A stretch of 59,022 nt of DNA from Bdellovibrionia bacterium (GCA_030432925.1 JAUILT010000003.1:1-59022); one strand, 5' to 3'. Counted from the first letter of the stretch, positions 9,345 through 19,017 are shown. A program made the numbers and translations. Notes: a model not told the origin generated them from the sequence alone.

Positions 9345-10391
9345 TTGCAGGAGAGCCTTTTTGTGTCAGCCAACAGTATTGGGCAATTTTTCAGAGTCAC
9401 CACCTTTGGAGAAAGTCATGGTTTAGCTATGGGCGCTATCATTGATGGGTGTCCTGCAGGGGTTGTCTGGGATCAGAACCTTTTGGTTCAGCAACTGCAG
9501 AGGCGGCGACCTGGTTTTTCTCAAGTGGTTTCCCAGAGAAAAGAGGCTGATATACCACAGGTATTGAGTGGAGTATTTGAAGGAAAAACCCTAGGAACAC
9601 CCATTGCTATAATTGTTAAAAATTTGGATGCTCGCTCCAATGATTATGATTCTATAAAACAGCGGCCTCGTCCTGGTCACGCTGATGATGTATGGAAAAA
9701 TAAATTTGGGCATGTAGATTACAGAGGTGGAGGACGCTCTTCAGGGCGGGAAACGGTTTCACGGGTGATGGCTGGTGCTGTAGCTCAAATGTTTTCCAAA
9801 ACTCTCAAGTCAGAATTGAATGTTTTTGGTTTTGCTTCTCAGATTGGCCCTTTAAAATTAAGTGCTGAGGAAATGAATCCGTCTTTTGAAAAGGTGGAAA
9901 ACAGTGTTGTTCGCTTTCCTTCTGATCAGAAGAAAGTGGAAAAACTTTTGATGGATGCCGGTGAGCAAGGAAAGTCTTATGGAGGCACGGCAGAGATTAG
10001 AATCACAGGAGTCCCTCTTGGGCTTGGGCAGCCGGTATTTCATAAGCTGAAGTCTGATTTGGCAGCTGCCATGATGAGTATTGGAGCAACGTCAGGATTT
10101 GAAGTGGGCGAAGGGCGGGGGGCGACGAGCGAAGAGGGCAGTGAGTTTCACCAAAAAGAGGACTCACCTTACGGTGGACTGCGTGGAGGAATTTCTACTG
10201 GTGAGGTTATTATTTTGAGAGTTTTTTTTAAACCCACATCCAGTGTTCTTGATGTAGCCAAGCGAGGGCGCCATGACCCTTGTATCGTTCCCAGAGCTAT
10301 TCCGGTATTGGAGAGTATGGCGTGGATCACGTTAGCGGATCACCTGCTTTGGCAGACAAGTGACACTGTTGGTTATGCCGGTCCGGCTTAA
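9345..10391 (+). CDS. aroC: Chorismate synthase
   Basis: FRVTTFGESHG, RRPGFS, RPGHAD, GGGRSSGRET and KPTSS are present. The start is uncertain: the track gives TTG at 9345, but GTG at 9363 would give the usual short N-terminus. Confidence 0.9.
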   Translation: MQESLFVSANSIGQFFRVTTFGESHGLAMGAIIDGCPAGVVWDQNLLVQQLQRRRPGFSQVVSQRKEADIPQVLSGVFEGKTLGTPIAIIVKNLDARSNDYDSIKQRPRPGHADDVWKNKFGHVDYRGGGRSSGRETVSRVMAGAVAQMFSKTLKSELNVFGFASQIGPLKLSAEEMNPSFEKVENSVVRFPSDQKKVEKLLMDAGEQGKSYGGTAEIRITGVPLGLGQPVFHKLKSDLAAAMMSIGATSGFEVGEGRGATSEEGSEFHQKEDSPYGGLRGGISTGEVIILRVFFKPTSSVLDVAKRGRHDPCIVPRAIPVLESMAWITLADHLLWQTSDTVGYAGPA

Positions 10392-10399
10392 ATTTTCCG

Positions 10400-10702
10400 T
10401 TACTTTGAATCTGTCGATGTACTTAATAAAGGCGTTTTGGTCACCAGCTGGGGAGGCTGACAATCAGCCCCTACGGCCATTTCAGAGACTTCAGAAACAT
10501 CTCTCATTGAATAGGAGGGGTTTTGTTTGACCACTGCTTTTCGTTTTTGGCGGCGGTTTTTCTGTCGTTGAAATTCTCGGTAAGATATAATTTTATTACT
10601 TTTTTTTTGTGTATTTCCATTCAGTAAAAAGGCAAAGGCAAATAATAAAAAACAGCCGTGTAAGACCATCATAAATATCTGAAAATTCGAGAGTTCAAGC
10701 AT
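10400..10702 (-). CDS. Hypothetical small membrane protein (one TM segment then a basic tail)
   Basis: Evidence is the ORF only, with no recognisable motif. It has a hydrophobic N-terminal segment and a Lys/Arg-rich middle. It could be non-coding. Confidence 0.3.
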   Translation of the reverse strand: MLELSNFQIFMMVLHGCFLLFAFAFLLNGNTQKKSNKIISYREFQRQKNRRQKRKAVVKQNPSYSMRDVSEVSEMAVGADCQPPQLVTKTPLLSTSTDSK

Positions 10703-10814
10703 GAAAGTCCCCTTTCAGGGAGGTAATAAAAGCAAGGTCCTTGCCAATTTTCAGGAAAATCAGAGTGCTTATGGAGTTTTGACTGTTCGTGGTTACAGTT
10801 GCTGTCTAGAATTT

Positions 10815-10833
10815 GGCCAGCAGTTTGAATTTT
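10815..10833 (-). repeat. Half copy of the recurrent motif on the minus strand
   Basis: The minus strand reads TGA aaaattcaaactgctggcc immediately after the ubiE stop. Only the AAAATTCAAAC half matches the consensus. Confidence 0.35.
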
Positions 10834-11568
10834 TCAGGATTGAGCTCGTTGAGTGCCTTTATAGATAAAGCTGGCACCACCCATTAGGACCTTATACTCA
10901 CAAGATGAAAAAGCACTGGTTTGGCCCATAAGTTTTACAAAGCTATCTTTTGAGGGGAAGCGAGAAGAGGATTTTTGTAGGTATTCGTAAGCTTGTCTTT
11001 TTCCTGTGATCCATCCGCCCACTCGAGGTACAATATGGCGAAAATAAAAAGAAAAGGCTTTTTGCATCAGAGGGTTTTGTTGGTCTCCGGTTTCTAAGAT
11101 CATAACTCGGCCCCCTGGCCTTGTCACACGGGCCATTTCAGAAAGAGCCTTTAGTGGATCTGAGACGTTTCTGATTCCATAAGCAATACTGACCACATCA
11201 AACTGATTGTCTTTATAGGGTAGGCTGGTGACATCTGCGATTTCAAAATGAATAGAAAGGTTCAAACCTTTTACTTTGTCGGGCGCTTTTTTGAGCATGC
11301 CTTCACAAAAATCAATCCCTGTCACAGAGCCTGAGGGTCCAACCACTTGGGCAAACTCAATAGCTAAATCTCCGGTGCCTGTAGCACAATCAAGAATTTG
11401 ATCTCCGCTTTTTACTCCACTCCACTCTACCAGCTTACGGCGCCAGCTATGAGCCATTCCTCCTGTCATAAAGTCATTTGCTTTGTCATACCCATGGGAA
11501 ATGGACTGAAAAAGGTCTTTGATTTCATCAGCAGGAGGTCCACTTAAAGATGAGATTTTCTGTTTCAT
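10834..11568 (-). CDS. ubiE: Demethylmenaquinone / ubiquinone C-methyltransferase
   Basis: 244-aa ORF with YDKANDFMTGGMAHSWRR, ILDCATGTGDLA, the SIAYGIRNV motif and a GGASFIYKG ending, all typical of UbiE/MenG. Confidence 0.88.
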   Translation of the reverse strand: MKQKISSLSGPPADEIKDLFQSISHGYDKANDFMTGGMAHSWRRKLVEWSGVKSGDQILDCATGTGDLAIEFAQVVGPSGSVTGIDFCEGMLKKAPDKVKGLNLSIHFEIADVTSLPYKDNQFDVVSIAYGIRNVSDPLKALSEMARVTRPGGRVMILETGDQQNPLMQKAFSFYFRHIVPRVGGWITGKRQAYEYLQKSSSRFPSKDSFVKLMGQTSAFSSCEYKVLMGGASFIYKGTQRAQS

Positions 11569-12359
11569 GATGGAGCCAGAGCTTTGTCTATCGCTTGAAG
11601 AACAGTGGGCAGTCGGGTCATAAGCTCTTCAAACTGTGAAAAGTCTAGAGCCTGGTAGCCATCACTAAGGGCCTGTTCAGGGTTGGGGTGGACCTCTACC
11701 ATAAGTCCATCGGCACCAGCCACAGCAGCAGCCAGAGCCACTGGTACAACAAGATCAGTAGCTCCAGTACCGTGTGATGGGTCTGCAATCACAGGAAAGG
11801 GAGAGTGCTTCTTCGCAAAAGCAATGGCATTAATGTCAAAAGTGTTTCGTGTCGCAGTTTCAAAGGTTCGTATTCCACGCTCACATAGAATCACCTTCTC
11901 ATTACCGCTTTTAACCACATATTCAGCAGAGAGTAGCCACTCTTTAATCAAACCGGCAAAACCACGTTTTAAGAGCACGGGTTTGCCCGCTCCACCGAGT
12001 TCTTTTAACAAAGCATAGTTGTGCATATTACGGGAGCCGACTTGAAATACATCAACAATATCATGAAAATCAGAAATCTGGCGGGGATCTGTGACCTCAG
12101 AAATAAACGGCAAGTTTGTTGAACTCTTAATTTCTTTAGCTATGCTGTAAGCCTCTTGTCCCAACCCTTGAAAACTCTCTGGGTCAGTACGGAGCTTGAA
12201 CATACCTCCGCGTAAGATTTGAGCCCCTTTACTTTTGATGAAGTCAGCGGTCTCTTGAAACTGATCTGTGGATTCAATAGAGCAGGGCCCCGCCATGACA
12301 ACGAAATCTTTGCCAATTTCCAATCCTGAGCTGATCTTTACTGTGTTCGTTTTCATCAT
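11565..12359 (-). CDS. aroF: 3-deoxy-7-phosphoheptulonate (DAHP) synthase, type I-beta (KDO8PS-like)
   Basis: GPCSIES, LRGGMFKLRTDPESFQGLG, LKRG, LCERGIRTFE and ADPSHG are present. I chose the start at the ATGATG at 12359. The track ORF extends to 12452 with a non-homologous leader. Confidence 0.85.
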   Translation of the reverse strand: MMKTNTVKISSGLEIGKDFVVMAGPCSIESTDQFQETADFIKSKGAQILRGGMFKLRTDPESFQGLGQEAYSIAKEIKSSTNLPFISEVTDPRQISDFHDIVDVFQVGSRNMHNYALLKELGGAGKPVLLKRGFAGLIKEWLLSAEYVVKSGNEKVILCERGIRTFETATRNTFDINAIAFAKKHSPFPVIADPSHGTGATDLVVPVALAAAVAGADGLMVEVHPNPEQALSDGYQALDFSQFEELMTRLPTVLQAIDKALAPS

Positions 12360-12508
12360 TGTTATCCTGTTACTGTAACACAGGTTGTTTAAGGGGTTGA
12401 GTCTGTTGTATACACAAAACGATCGATTTGGGTATACACAGGAATTGGCCATTGGGCACGAAATACCTGAAATTTTTTTAGAAAACCTGAGAAGTTACAG
12501 GCGATAAA

Positions 12509-13567
12509 ATGAATCTGGCACTTAATACAACTTCCATACAAATCCAGAAATGGTTGCAAAATGGAGCAATTTTCTCCTCAGAGCCGGGTCATTGCATTTT
12601 GGGGGAAGGGCCATTTCACTGTAGGCCTTTTAAAAAATCTTCATCGGCCTTTTATGTGAGTGATTTTTTTGACCTTCTGGAGACAGTTTTGGAGCCCAGC
12701 GTGGTTGGGCAGGTGCATCGGGAGGCCTTGAGGCAAGAGCTTGTCAATATTAAGGGTTTACCTGCTTCAGTGAGCTGGGAGCCTCCCGATAAAGATCTAT
12801 TTTTTTTAGATTTTTTTCACATTCAGTCTGAAATCCAAAAAGGAATATTGAAAAAAGTGGTCCCTGTGGTTTTTGAATCAGCCTTGTTGCAAGTCACCAA
12901 AGAGATTTTGGCTGGGTGGTTGTACAAAGTTCTTGCTTCAGTCACGAAAGGTTTTGTTTTTGGTCACTGGAACCTAGATAAAGGTGAGGGAGTTTTGGGT
13001 TTGACTCCAGAGCTATTATTCTCTCTCAAAGGGCAGGCATTAACTACGATGGCTCTTGCTGGGACAGCACAGGGACCCAACCATCCATTGATAGAAGACC
13101 CAAAGGAGTGGCAAGAGCATCACCTTGTTGTACATTCGTTGAAGGACAGTCTATCATCTTTTGGAACCTTGAAAACCTCTGCCCCTTATGAATGGTCTCC
13201 AGGGGCACTAACCCACTTGCGAACAGATATTTCTCTTTCTTTAAATAAAGAGAATGTCAGTCCTTTGGAGTTAGTTCAGCAATTGCATCCGACACCGGCT
13301 CTTGGTGGGGTTCCTAAAAGAAACAGTGAGAAGTGGCTGAAAAGTCGCGACATTCATACTCAGAGAGGTAGTTTTGGGGCTCCGTTTGGCTTTATCACAG
13401 AAAATTCTGCGGAGTTTGTTGTCGCCATTCGTTGCTTGATTTGGAAAAACAATAGGGTTTATGTGGGCAGTGGTTGTGGTGTTGTGGAGGGCAGCCAATT
13501 AGATAAGGAGTGGCAAGAGTTGAGCAATAAACGACAGGCTGTCAAGCAGGTGTTTGGATGGAATTAA
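12509..13567 (+). CDS. menF: Isochorismate synthase (short form)
   Basis: The 352-aa ORF has LHPTPALGGVP, RGSFGAPFGF and GSGCGVVEGS, typical of chorismate-binding enzymes. The men operon context supports the call. Confidence 0.8.
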   Translation: MNLALNTTSIQIQKWLQNGAIFSSEPGHCILGEGPFHCRPFKKSSSAFYVSDFFDLLETVLEPSVVGQVHREALRQELVNIKGLPASVSWEPPDKDLFFLDFFHIQSEIQKGILKKVVPVVFESALLQVTKEILAGWLYKVLASVTKGFVFGHWNLDKGEGVLGLTPELLFSLKGQALTTMALAGTAQGPNHPLIEDPKEWQEHHLVVHSLKDSLSSFGTLKTSAPYEWSPGALTHLRTDISLSLNKENVSPLELVQQLHPTPALGGVPKRNSEKWLKSRDIHTQRGSFGAPFGFITENSAEFVVAIRCLIWKNNRVYVGSGCGVVEGSQLDKEWQELSNKRQAVKQVFGWN

Positions 13568-15069
13568 GTTATAATATTTCTTGGAGCACATCCATTATTG
13601 AAAAACTAAAGCTTAATGGTGCTCGGCTTTTTTGTATCTGTCCAGGAGCTCGCAATGCTGCATTGATTGACGTACTTTCTAGGCAGACAGATTTAGAGGT
13701 CAGGACTTTTGTGGATGAACGTAGTGCTGCTTTTTTTGCTTTAGGGAGAAGCCTTGAGTACAATGAGCCTTCCGTGGTGTGCACGACCTCAGGAACTGCT
13801 GTGGCGGAACTGCTTCCCGCAACTATTGAGGCTCACTATGTGAATGCTCGTCTTGTACTTCTAACTGCAGACCGTCCTCAGCGGTTTCGAGAAAGAGGAG
13901 CCCCTCAGGCTATCGAGCAGTTGAGCTTTCTAGAGGCCCATGTGAGTGCCCAGTGGGACCTTGTCGAAGGCAACAAGGATTTTTACCTGGCAGACATGGG
14001 TCCCACTCATATCAACATGTGCTTTGAAGAACCCATCTTAGGAGACCCTAAACCACAGGCCATAGGTGTGGTAGAGCCTAAACAAAAAGAGCGGCCATTG
14101 GTTGTTATTGGGTGTTTGAATAAAAATGAGCGGTTGACTGTTAAAAACTTTTTGCAAACCAATAAGGGATATTTTTTGGCTGAGTCCCACTCAGGTCTGC
14201 GAGGATTTAGTTTGCCATCAGGTATGAAAGAGTTACCATATCAGTTGATTCAATCTAAAAACTTTCGTCAGTGGTTTGACAGTATAATCCGTATTGGGGG
14301 TGTCCCCACTGTGAGGCTATGGAGGGATCTAGAAGATACCCTGATAGACATTCCTGTCACTAGTTATTCTAGTATTGCACGCTCTGGTTTAGGGAGAGAG
14401 GGGACAGCCCCGGCACCTCTGGAAGAACTCAAAAATTTACAGCTGGTAGAGCCGAGTGTGCAGCCAGATTTGGATGAGGTTTTGAAAAGTTGGCACTTGA
14501 GGCGTGAAAATATTTTTTTAAATTTACCTAAAAGTGAACTCTCCATGGTGGGTCAATTGAGTAAAATTATTCCGACAAAATCCAAATTATTTTTAGGAAA
14601 TAGTCTACCTATCAGAGAATGGGATTTAATGGCTCAATTGAGGGTAGACCTGGATATTCGAACTCAAAGAGGCGTCAATGGTATTGATGGTTTGATTTCT
14701 ACATTTTTAGGTCGTTTGGATTCGGCAGTAGAGAACGTCCTACTTCTGGGAGACTTATCAACCATCTACGATGCCAACGCTTTCTGGGTGTGGAGGGAGA
14801 CTCTGAAGAACCCTAGGGGCCTGCGGGTGAAACTTATAATCATTAATAATGGCGGTGGCCGTATTTTTCGACGTTTATTTGAAAACCCTGTCTTACAGTC
14901 TTCTCATGAATTTAATTTTTCTGATTTCAGTGAGATGTTTGGCTGGAAGTATTTTCATTGGTCCCACTCTTCACAGATGAATTGGCAGAGGTTACCCACA
15001 CAGTGTTTAGTAGAGCTACAGCCAAATCTGGAAGAGTCCGACCGTGCTTGGGAAATGCTTTATGAGTGA
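13558..15069 (+). CDS. menD: SEPHCHC synthase (ThDP-dependent)
   Basis: 503-aa ORF with CPGARNAAL, ERSAAFFALG, TSGTAVAELLPA, LTADRP and a C-terminal ThDP-binding region GDLS...NNGGGRIF. Confidence 0.85.
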   Translation: MELSYNISWSTSIIEKLKLNGARLFCICPGARNAALIDVLSRQTDLEVRTFVDERSAAFFALGRSLEYNEPSVVCTTSGTAVAELLPATIEAHYVNARLVLLTADRPQRFRERGAPQAIEQLSFLEAHVSAQWDLVEGNKDFYLADMGPTHINMCFEEPILGDPKPQAIGVVEPKQKERPLVVIGCLNKNERLTVKNFLQTNKGYFLAESHSGLRGFSLPSGMKELPYQLIQSKNFRQWFDSIIRIGGVPTVRLWRDLEDTLIDIPVTSYSSIARSGLGREGTAPAPLEELKNLQLVEPSVQPDLDEVLKSWHLRRENIFLNLPKSELSMVGQLSKIIPTKSKLFLGNSLPIREWDLMAQLRVDLDIRTQRGVNGIDGLISTFLGRLDSAVENVLLLGDLSTIYDANAFWVWRETLKNPRGLRVKLIIINNGGGRIFRRLFENPVLQSSHEFNFSDFSEMFGWKYFHWSHSSQMNWQRLPTQCLVELQPNLEESDRAWEMLYE

Positions 15070-15868
15070 TACTTTGGTGTTGATGCATGGATTTGGTGGT
15101 GGCCCTTCAGTGTTTCAGGATTTTATAAAATTTTACCGATCCTTTTCTCCGACGACATCGTTTTTAACTCCAGACTTTTATAATGAGAAAACTTTTCATC
15201 CCAAGGAGAGCCTTCATCAATGGTCATTAGATTTTCAAAATTATCTTGCACAGCATATAAATTCTGAAGAAAAAATTTGGTTGGTGGGATATTCTATGGG
15301 AGGACGCCTCGCCATGCAGGCTGTTTTGGATCTTACAGATAAGGTTCAAGGAGCTGTGTTTTTATCAGCATTTCCAGGTTTTATGGTTCAGTCAGAAAAG
15401 CTAGCTAGACAGCGGTGGGATAAGGATTGGGCTAATACAATTCAATCTCTTGAATGGGCAAAAATCAATGAACAGTGGAATAATCTTTCTGTTTTTAAAG
15501 GGAGTGCACCTTTTTCTCTGAGGCAGGACGTAGAGCGTGATACGTTGGCAGAGAATCTATGTCAGTGGTCGCCTGCTCAACATTTATTTTCTGTGGATCA
15601 TCTAAAGCAAGTTCAGTGTCCTTGTTTGTGGTTGTGCGGTGGAAGAGATCAGAAATATGTACTATTGTACGGTCAGTTACGACAAAGTGGGGTGCCGGGA
15701 ATGTGGAAAGTTGTTCCGGAAGCAGGGCACCGATTGCTTGTATCACCTAGAGAAGGTACAATCGAATTCATTTATAAATTTATTCAGAGCCGGGGAGGGC
15801 AGGGTGAGTGCAGAGAGTCAATACATCAAAATAAGAACTACAGATCACCAGACAGTCTATCTGAATAG
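15062..15868 (+). CDS. menH: SHCHC synthase-like alpha/beta hydrolase
   Basis: The ATG at 15062 overlaps the end of menD. It has LVLMHGFGGG, the nucleophile elbow GYSMGG and a late GH (PEAGHRL). The last ~20 codons overlap the next small ORF, so the true C-terminus is uncertain. Confidence 0.7.
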   Translation: MSDTLVLMHGFGGGPSVFQDFIKFYRSFSPTTSFLTPDFYNEKTFHPKESLHQWSLDFQNYLAQHINSEEKIWLVGYSMGGRLAMQAVLDLTDKVQGAVFLSAFPGFMVQSEKLARQRWDKDWANTIQSLEWAKINEQWNNLSVFKGSAPFSLRQDVERDTLAENLCQWSPAQHLFSVDHLKQVQCPCLWLCGGRDQKYVLLYGQLRQSGVPGMWKVVPEAGHRLLVSPREGTIEFIYKFIQSRGGQGECRESIHQNKNYRSPDSLSE

Positions 15869-16031
15869 AACTACCATTTGTGGTATTGAGCCTGTTGCGG
15901 GAAGTGCAAGAACGTCTGAGCATGTTCGAGTTTTTGCTGGAGGCTATAAATGGCTAGTGGATGAAACTCATGAGTCGTTTATGGCTAAGGTGGGAATTCC
16001 TTTTGAAAAGTGTGAGAGTTCTTCAAAGTGA
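15804..16031 (+). CDS. Small conserved-looking hypothetical protein (75 aa) embedded in the men operon
   Basis: A GTG at 15804 follows GGGGAGGG. Its stop TGA (16029-16031) overlaps the menA ATG at 16031. I recognise no motif. Confidence 0.4.
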   Translation: MSAESQYIKIRTTDHQTVYLNRTTICGIEPVAGSARTSEHVRVFAGGYKWLVDETHESFMAKVGIPFEKCESSSK

Positions 16032-16915
16032 TGAAATCTCTCTTAATGGCTATACGGTTAAAAACGCTCAGCGCATCTGTGGCTCCTGTTATGGTAGCGA
16101 CGGCCCTTGTGGTGGCGAATGCCGAAAGAGTGTTGTGGTGGGTGACCGGGTTCAGTCTTTTGGGAGCCTTATTCATTCAAATGGCCACGAATTTTTTTAA
16201 TGATGCCATAGACTTTGAGAAAGGGGCCGATACACAGGAGCGAGTAGGTCCTATTCGTGTAACGGCTTCAGGGAAAATGTCTTCGAAATTAGTTGTTTTA
16301 TGGGGAGGAATCTTACTTTTTCTGGCAATGGCGTGTGGAGTTCCTCTGGTGTTACATGGGGGTTGGCCTATTGTGGTTATTGGTGTGATATCTTTGTTTT
16401 TAACCTACTCTTACACTGGTGGCCCTTTGCCATTGGCCTATCTAGGGTTGGGGGATATATTTGTTGTTTTATTTTTTGGTTTGATTGCGGTCATGGGAAC
16501 CTACTACTTACACACTTTTCAGATATTTTCTATGGATGCGTTTATAGCCGGATTACAAGTAGGATTTCTTTCGACAGTTTTAATTGCTATTAATAACTTT
16601 AGGGACATCGAACAGGACCGTAAAGCTCAAAAGAAAACTTTGGCCGTTCGGTGGGGGGCTGGCTTTGTAAGGTTGGAGATTTTGTTTCTAGTTGTTGGAA
16701 CTTTTTTTCTAAACTTTTACTGGGTTTGGAAAGGTTGGTGGATGGTAGCGGCTTTGCCCTTGATTCTGACATCCACAGCCTGGATGTTAGTTCGTGATAT
16801 TTTCAATGAACCTCCTTCAGAAAAGTACAATAGTTTTTTAGCTCGTTCAGCAAAACTTCAGATGCTTTATTGTTTTCAGCTCACCTTGGGGTTGTCCCTT
16901 GAAAATTTGGTATAG
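16031..16915 (+). CDS. menA: 1,4-dihydroxy-2-naphthoate polyprenyltransferase
   Basis: This is a UbiA-family polytopic membrane protein with NFFNDAIDFEKGAD and NNFRDIEQDRKAQKKTLAV. The start is ATG 16031, or GTG 16028. Confidence 0.88.
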   Translation: MKSLLMAIRLKTLSASVAPVMVATALVVANAERVLWWVTGFSLLGALFIQMATNFFNDAIDFEKGADTQERVGPIRVTASGKMSSKLVVLWGGILLFLAMACGVPLVLHGGWPIVVIGVISLFLTYSYTGGPLPLAYLGLGDIFVVLFFGLIAVMGTYYLHTFQIFSMDAFIAGLQVGFLSTVLIAINNFRDIEQDRKAQKKTLAVRWGAGFVRLEILFLVVGTFFLNFYWVWKGWWMVAALPLILTSTAWMLVRDIFNEPPSEKYNSFLARSAKLQMLYCFQLTLGLSLENLV

Positions 16916-17861
16916 CCCTTACACATTAGTAGCTCATTCATCACTGAACTCTAGGTTTGAGAACAGAAAAAAATTAGGAGCGCTGTTAAAAGTTCAATTT
17001 TCAAAAGATCTTATTGGATTTGCGGATCTGCACCCACACCCAGAATTGGGTGATAGTCAGTTGTCAGAGCACTTGGATTGTATTTTCCGAAATGAGCCTT
17101 CTTCGCTTGTGAATTGCTGTTTACATTGGGCGTTGATTGATGCTCATGCCAGAAAAAAGGGCGAAAGCTTATTTAAGGGGCTCAAACTACCACGAACTCA
17201 TGCCATTGTGACAGATTTGAATAGAGTTAATGAATATAAGATAGATGAACTTAAGCAGCAGGGGTTTGATTATTTAAAAATAAAAATGGGAAGAGATATC
17301 CCTGTTGAAACTATGCAACTTCTACAGCTGACTCAAAAGCTTCAAGGGTTAAAGCTTCGGTTGGATTTTAACGAAGCACTTGATACTAGAGTTTTTTCCG
17401 ACTGGTGGAAACTGGTGAAGGGGGGCTTAGAAGATCATTTGGACTATATTGAGGATCCGTACCCCTATTCTCCCGAAGGTTGGACTTTATCCACAGCTCC
17501 CTTGGCTTTGGATCGTTCTTTAAATTTAGAGAATCTAAAAACTTTTGATGGGCCCGTTGTGGTTTTTAAGCCAGCTGTTTCCGACACACATTGGTTGAAT
17601 ACCATTCATCATCGAGTCATATTTAGCACTTATATGGATCATCCTCTGGGAGAGATGTCAGCTCTATTTGCTGCAGCTCAATACTATACCGATACGGGAC
17701 AGCAGCCAGAAGTATGTGGTTTAAGAACATGGCATTTATTTGAATCCAACGAATTTTCAGAATCTCTTGATGATAAGGGGTCGGTTTTGAGTGTTGCAGG
17801 GGGAACGGGATTGGGTTTTGATGAGCAGTTGAAATCACAAAACTGGAAATTATTGTCATGA
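16899..17861 (+). CDS. menC: o-Succinylbenzoate synthase (enolase superfamily)
   Basis: 320-aa ORF with a TTG start overlapping the end of menA. It has LKIKMGRD, LRLDFNEAL and IEDP metal-ligand contexts. The position between menA and menE supports the call. Confidence 0.75.
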   Translation: MKIWYSPYTLVAHSSLNSRFENRKKLGALLKVQFSKDLIGFADLHPHPELGDSQLSEHLDCIFRNEPSSLVNCCLHWALIDAHARKKGESLFKGLKLPRTHAIVTDLNRVNEYKIDELKQQGFDYLKIKMGRDIPVETMQLLQLTQKLQGLKLRLDFNEALDTRVFSDWWKLVKGGLEDHLDYIEDPYPYSPEGWTLSTAPLALDRSLNLENLKTFDGPVVVFKPAVSDTHWLNTIHHRVIFSTYMDHPLGEMSALFAAAQYYTDTGQQPEVCGLRTWHLFESNEFSESLDDKGSVLSVAGGTGLGFDEQLKSQNWKLLS

Positions 17862-19003
17862 TTGATTGGAACTCCGATGAGACTTACTGGATGGTCAACC
17901 CTCAACTCAGTGATCGAGAGCAAAAAGCTGTTCGCGCTGCTCGAGAGAAGGCGCCTCAGTTAGAGGGGCATATTTGGATTCGAAGTTCTGGAACAACAAC
18001 AGCTGACCGGGCTCGCTGGGTAGCCTTAAGCAAGTCCGCTTTTTTGGTTTCAGCAGCGGCGGTGAATGATCACCTAGCCAGTACGCATTTAGATACCTGG
18101 GTTCGAGCACTGCCGGTATTTCATGTGGGGGGGCTGTCTATTGATGCTCGAGCTTATCTCTCTGGAGCAAGAGTTTTGGAGTGGACTCTACCTTGGGATC
18201 CCGGGTTGTTTTGTGAGTTTTTGGTGGAGCAAGGGGCGACCCTGACGTCTTTGGTGCCGACTCAGCTTTTTGACATTATTTCGATAGGGCTCATGGCCCC
18301 TGTGGACTTGCGCGCGGTGATTGTAGGGGGTTCGGTACTAGAGGAGGATTTATATTTTAAAGCAAGAGAGCTTCGCTGGCCGGTGCTTCCTAGTTATGGT
18401 ATGACGGAGGCCGCCTCTCAGGTGGCCACAGCATCGTTGGATTCATTGACAGTGAGTGAGTACCCAGACTTAATGATTCTCAATCATATTCAACCCAAAA
18501 TAGATAAAGAGGGTCATTTTAACTTACTTTCGTCTTGTCTAATGACCATGGCTGTATTGGTGGATCTTAATGACGGCCAAGTGCAATTGGCTATTAGAGA
18601 TGCTTCTCACTACTTCCCCACACAAGACTTGGTTTCGTTGGAGAATGGTCATTTAAGGTTTAAAGGGCGATCTTCACAAATGGTAAAGGTTTTGGGTGAG
18701 CAGGTGTCTTTGAGAAAACTGAGTCAAATGATATCTCGGCAGTTTTACAATCACTCATTGTCACCTCATAGCTTTGTTATTCTTCCTGTTAAGAACGCCC
18801 GTAAGGGGGTGGAGTTAGTACTTGCTACAGAGAGTTTACATATGTCGTGGGTGGAAAAGGCTGTTGAAGATTTTCATAATAGTTGTGAAAAATATGAACG
18901 CCTTAGTGGTATTTATTTTTTGCAACAGCTGCCACGAACGGATCTTGGAAAAATCCGCATTGGAGAAACAATAAAGGCACTCGGTCTCCAAAAAGGCACG
19001 TAA
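17858..19003 (+). CDS. menE: o-Succinylbenzoate-CoA ligase (short adenylate-forming enzyme)
   Basis: IRSSGTTT (the AMP-binding SSGTTG variant), SYGMTEA, a late GKIRI Lys, and an ATGA overlap with menC. Confidence 0.78.
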   Translation: MIDWNSDETYWMVNPQLSDREQKAVRAAREKAPQLEGHIWIRSSGTTTADRARWVALSKSAFLVSAAAVNDHLASTHLDTWVRALPVFHVGGLSIDARAYLSGARVLEWTLPWDPGLFCEFLVEQGATLTSLVPTQLFDIISIGLMAPVDLRAVIVGGSVLEEDLYFKARELRWPVLPSYGMTEAASQVATASLDSLTVSEYPDLMILNHIQPKIDKEGHFNLLSSCLMTMAVLVDLNDGQVQLAIRDASHYFPTQDLVSLENGHLRFKGRSSQMVKVLGEQVSLRKLSQMISRQFYNHSLSPHSFVILPVKNARKGVELVLATESLHMSWVEKAVEDFHNSCEKYERLSGIYFLQQLPRTDLGKIRIGETIKALGLQKGT

Positions 19004-19017
19004 GCACCGCTAGTGTC

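Noticed and set aside
15639-15803. N-terminal half of the track ORF 15639-16031
   Set aside because: This part lies inside menH in another frame. Only the segment from the GTG at 15804, which has a strong Shine-Dalgarno sequence, is a credible small CDS.
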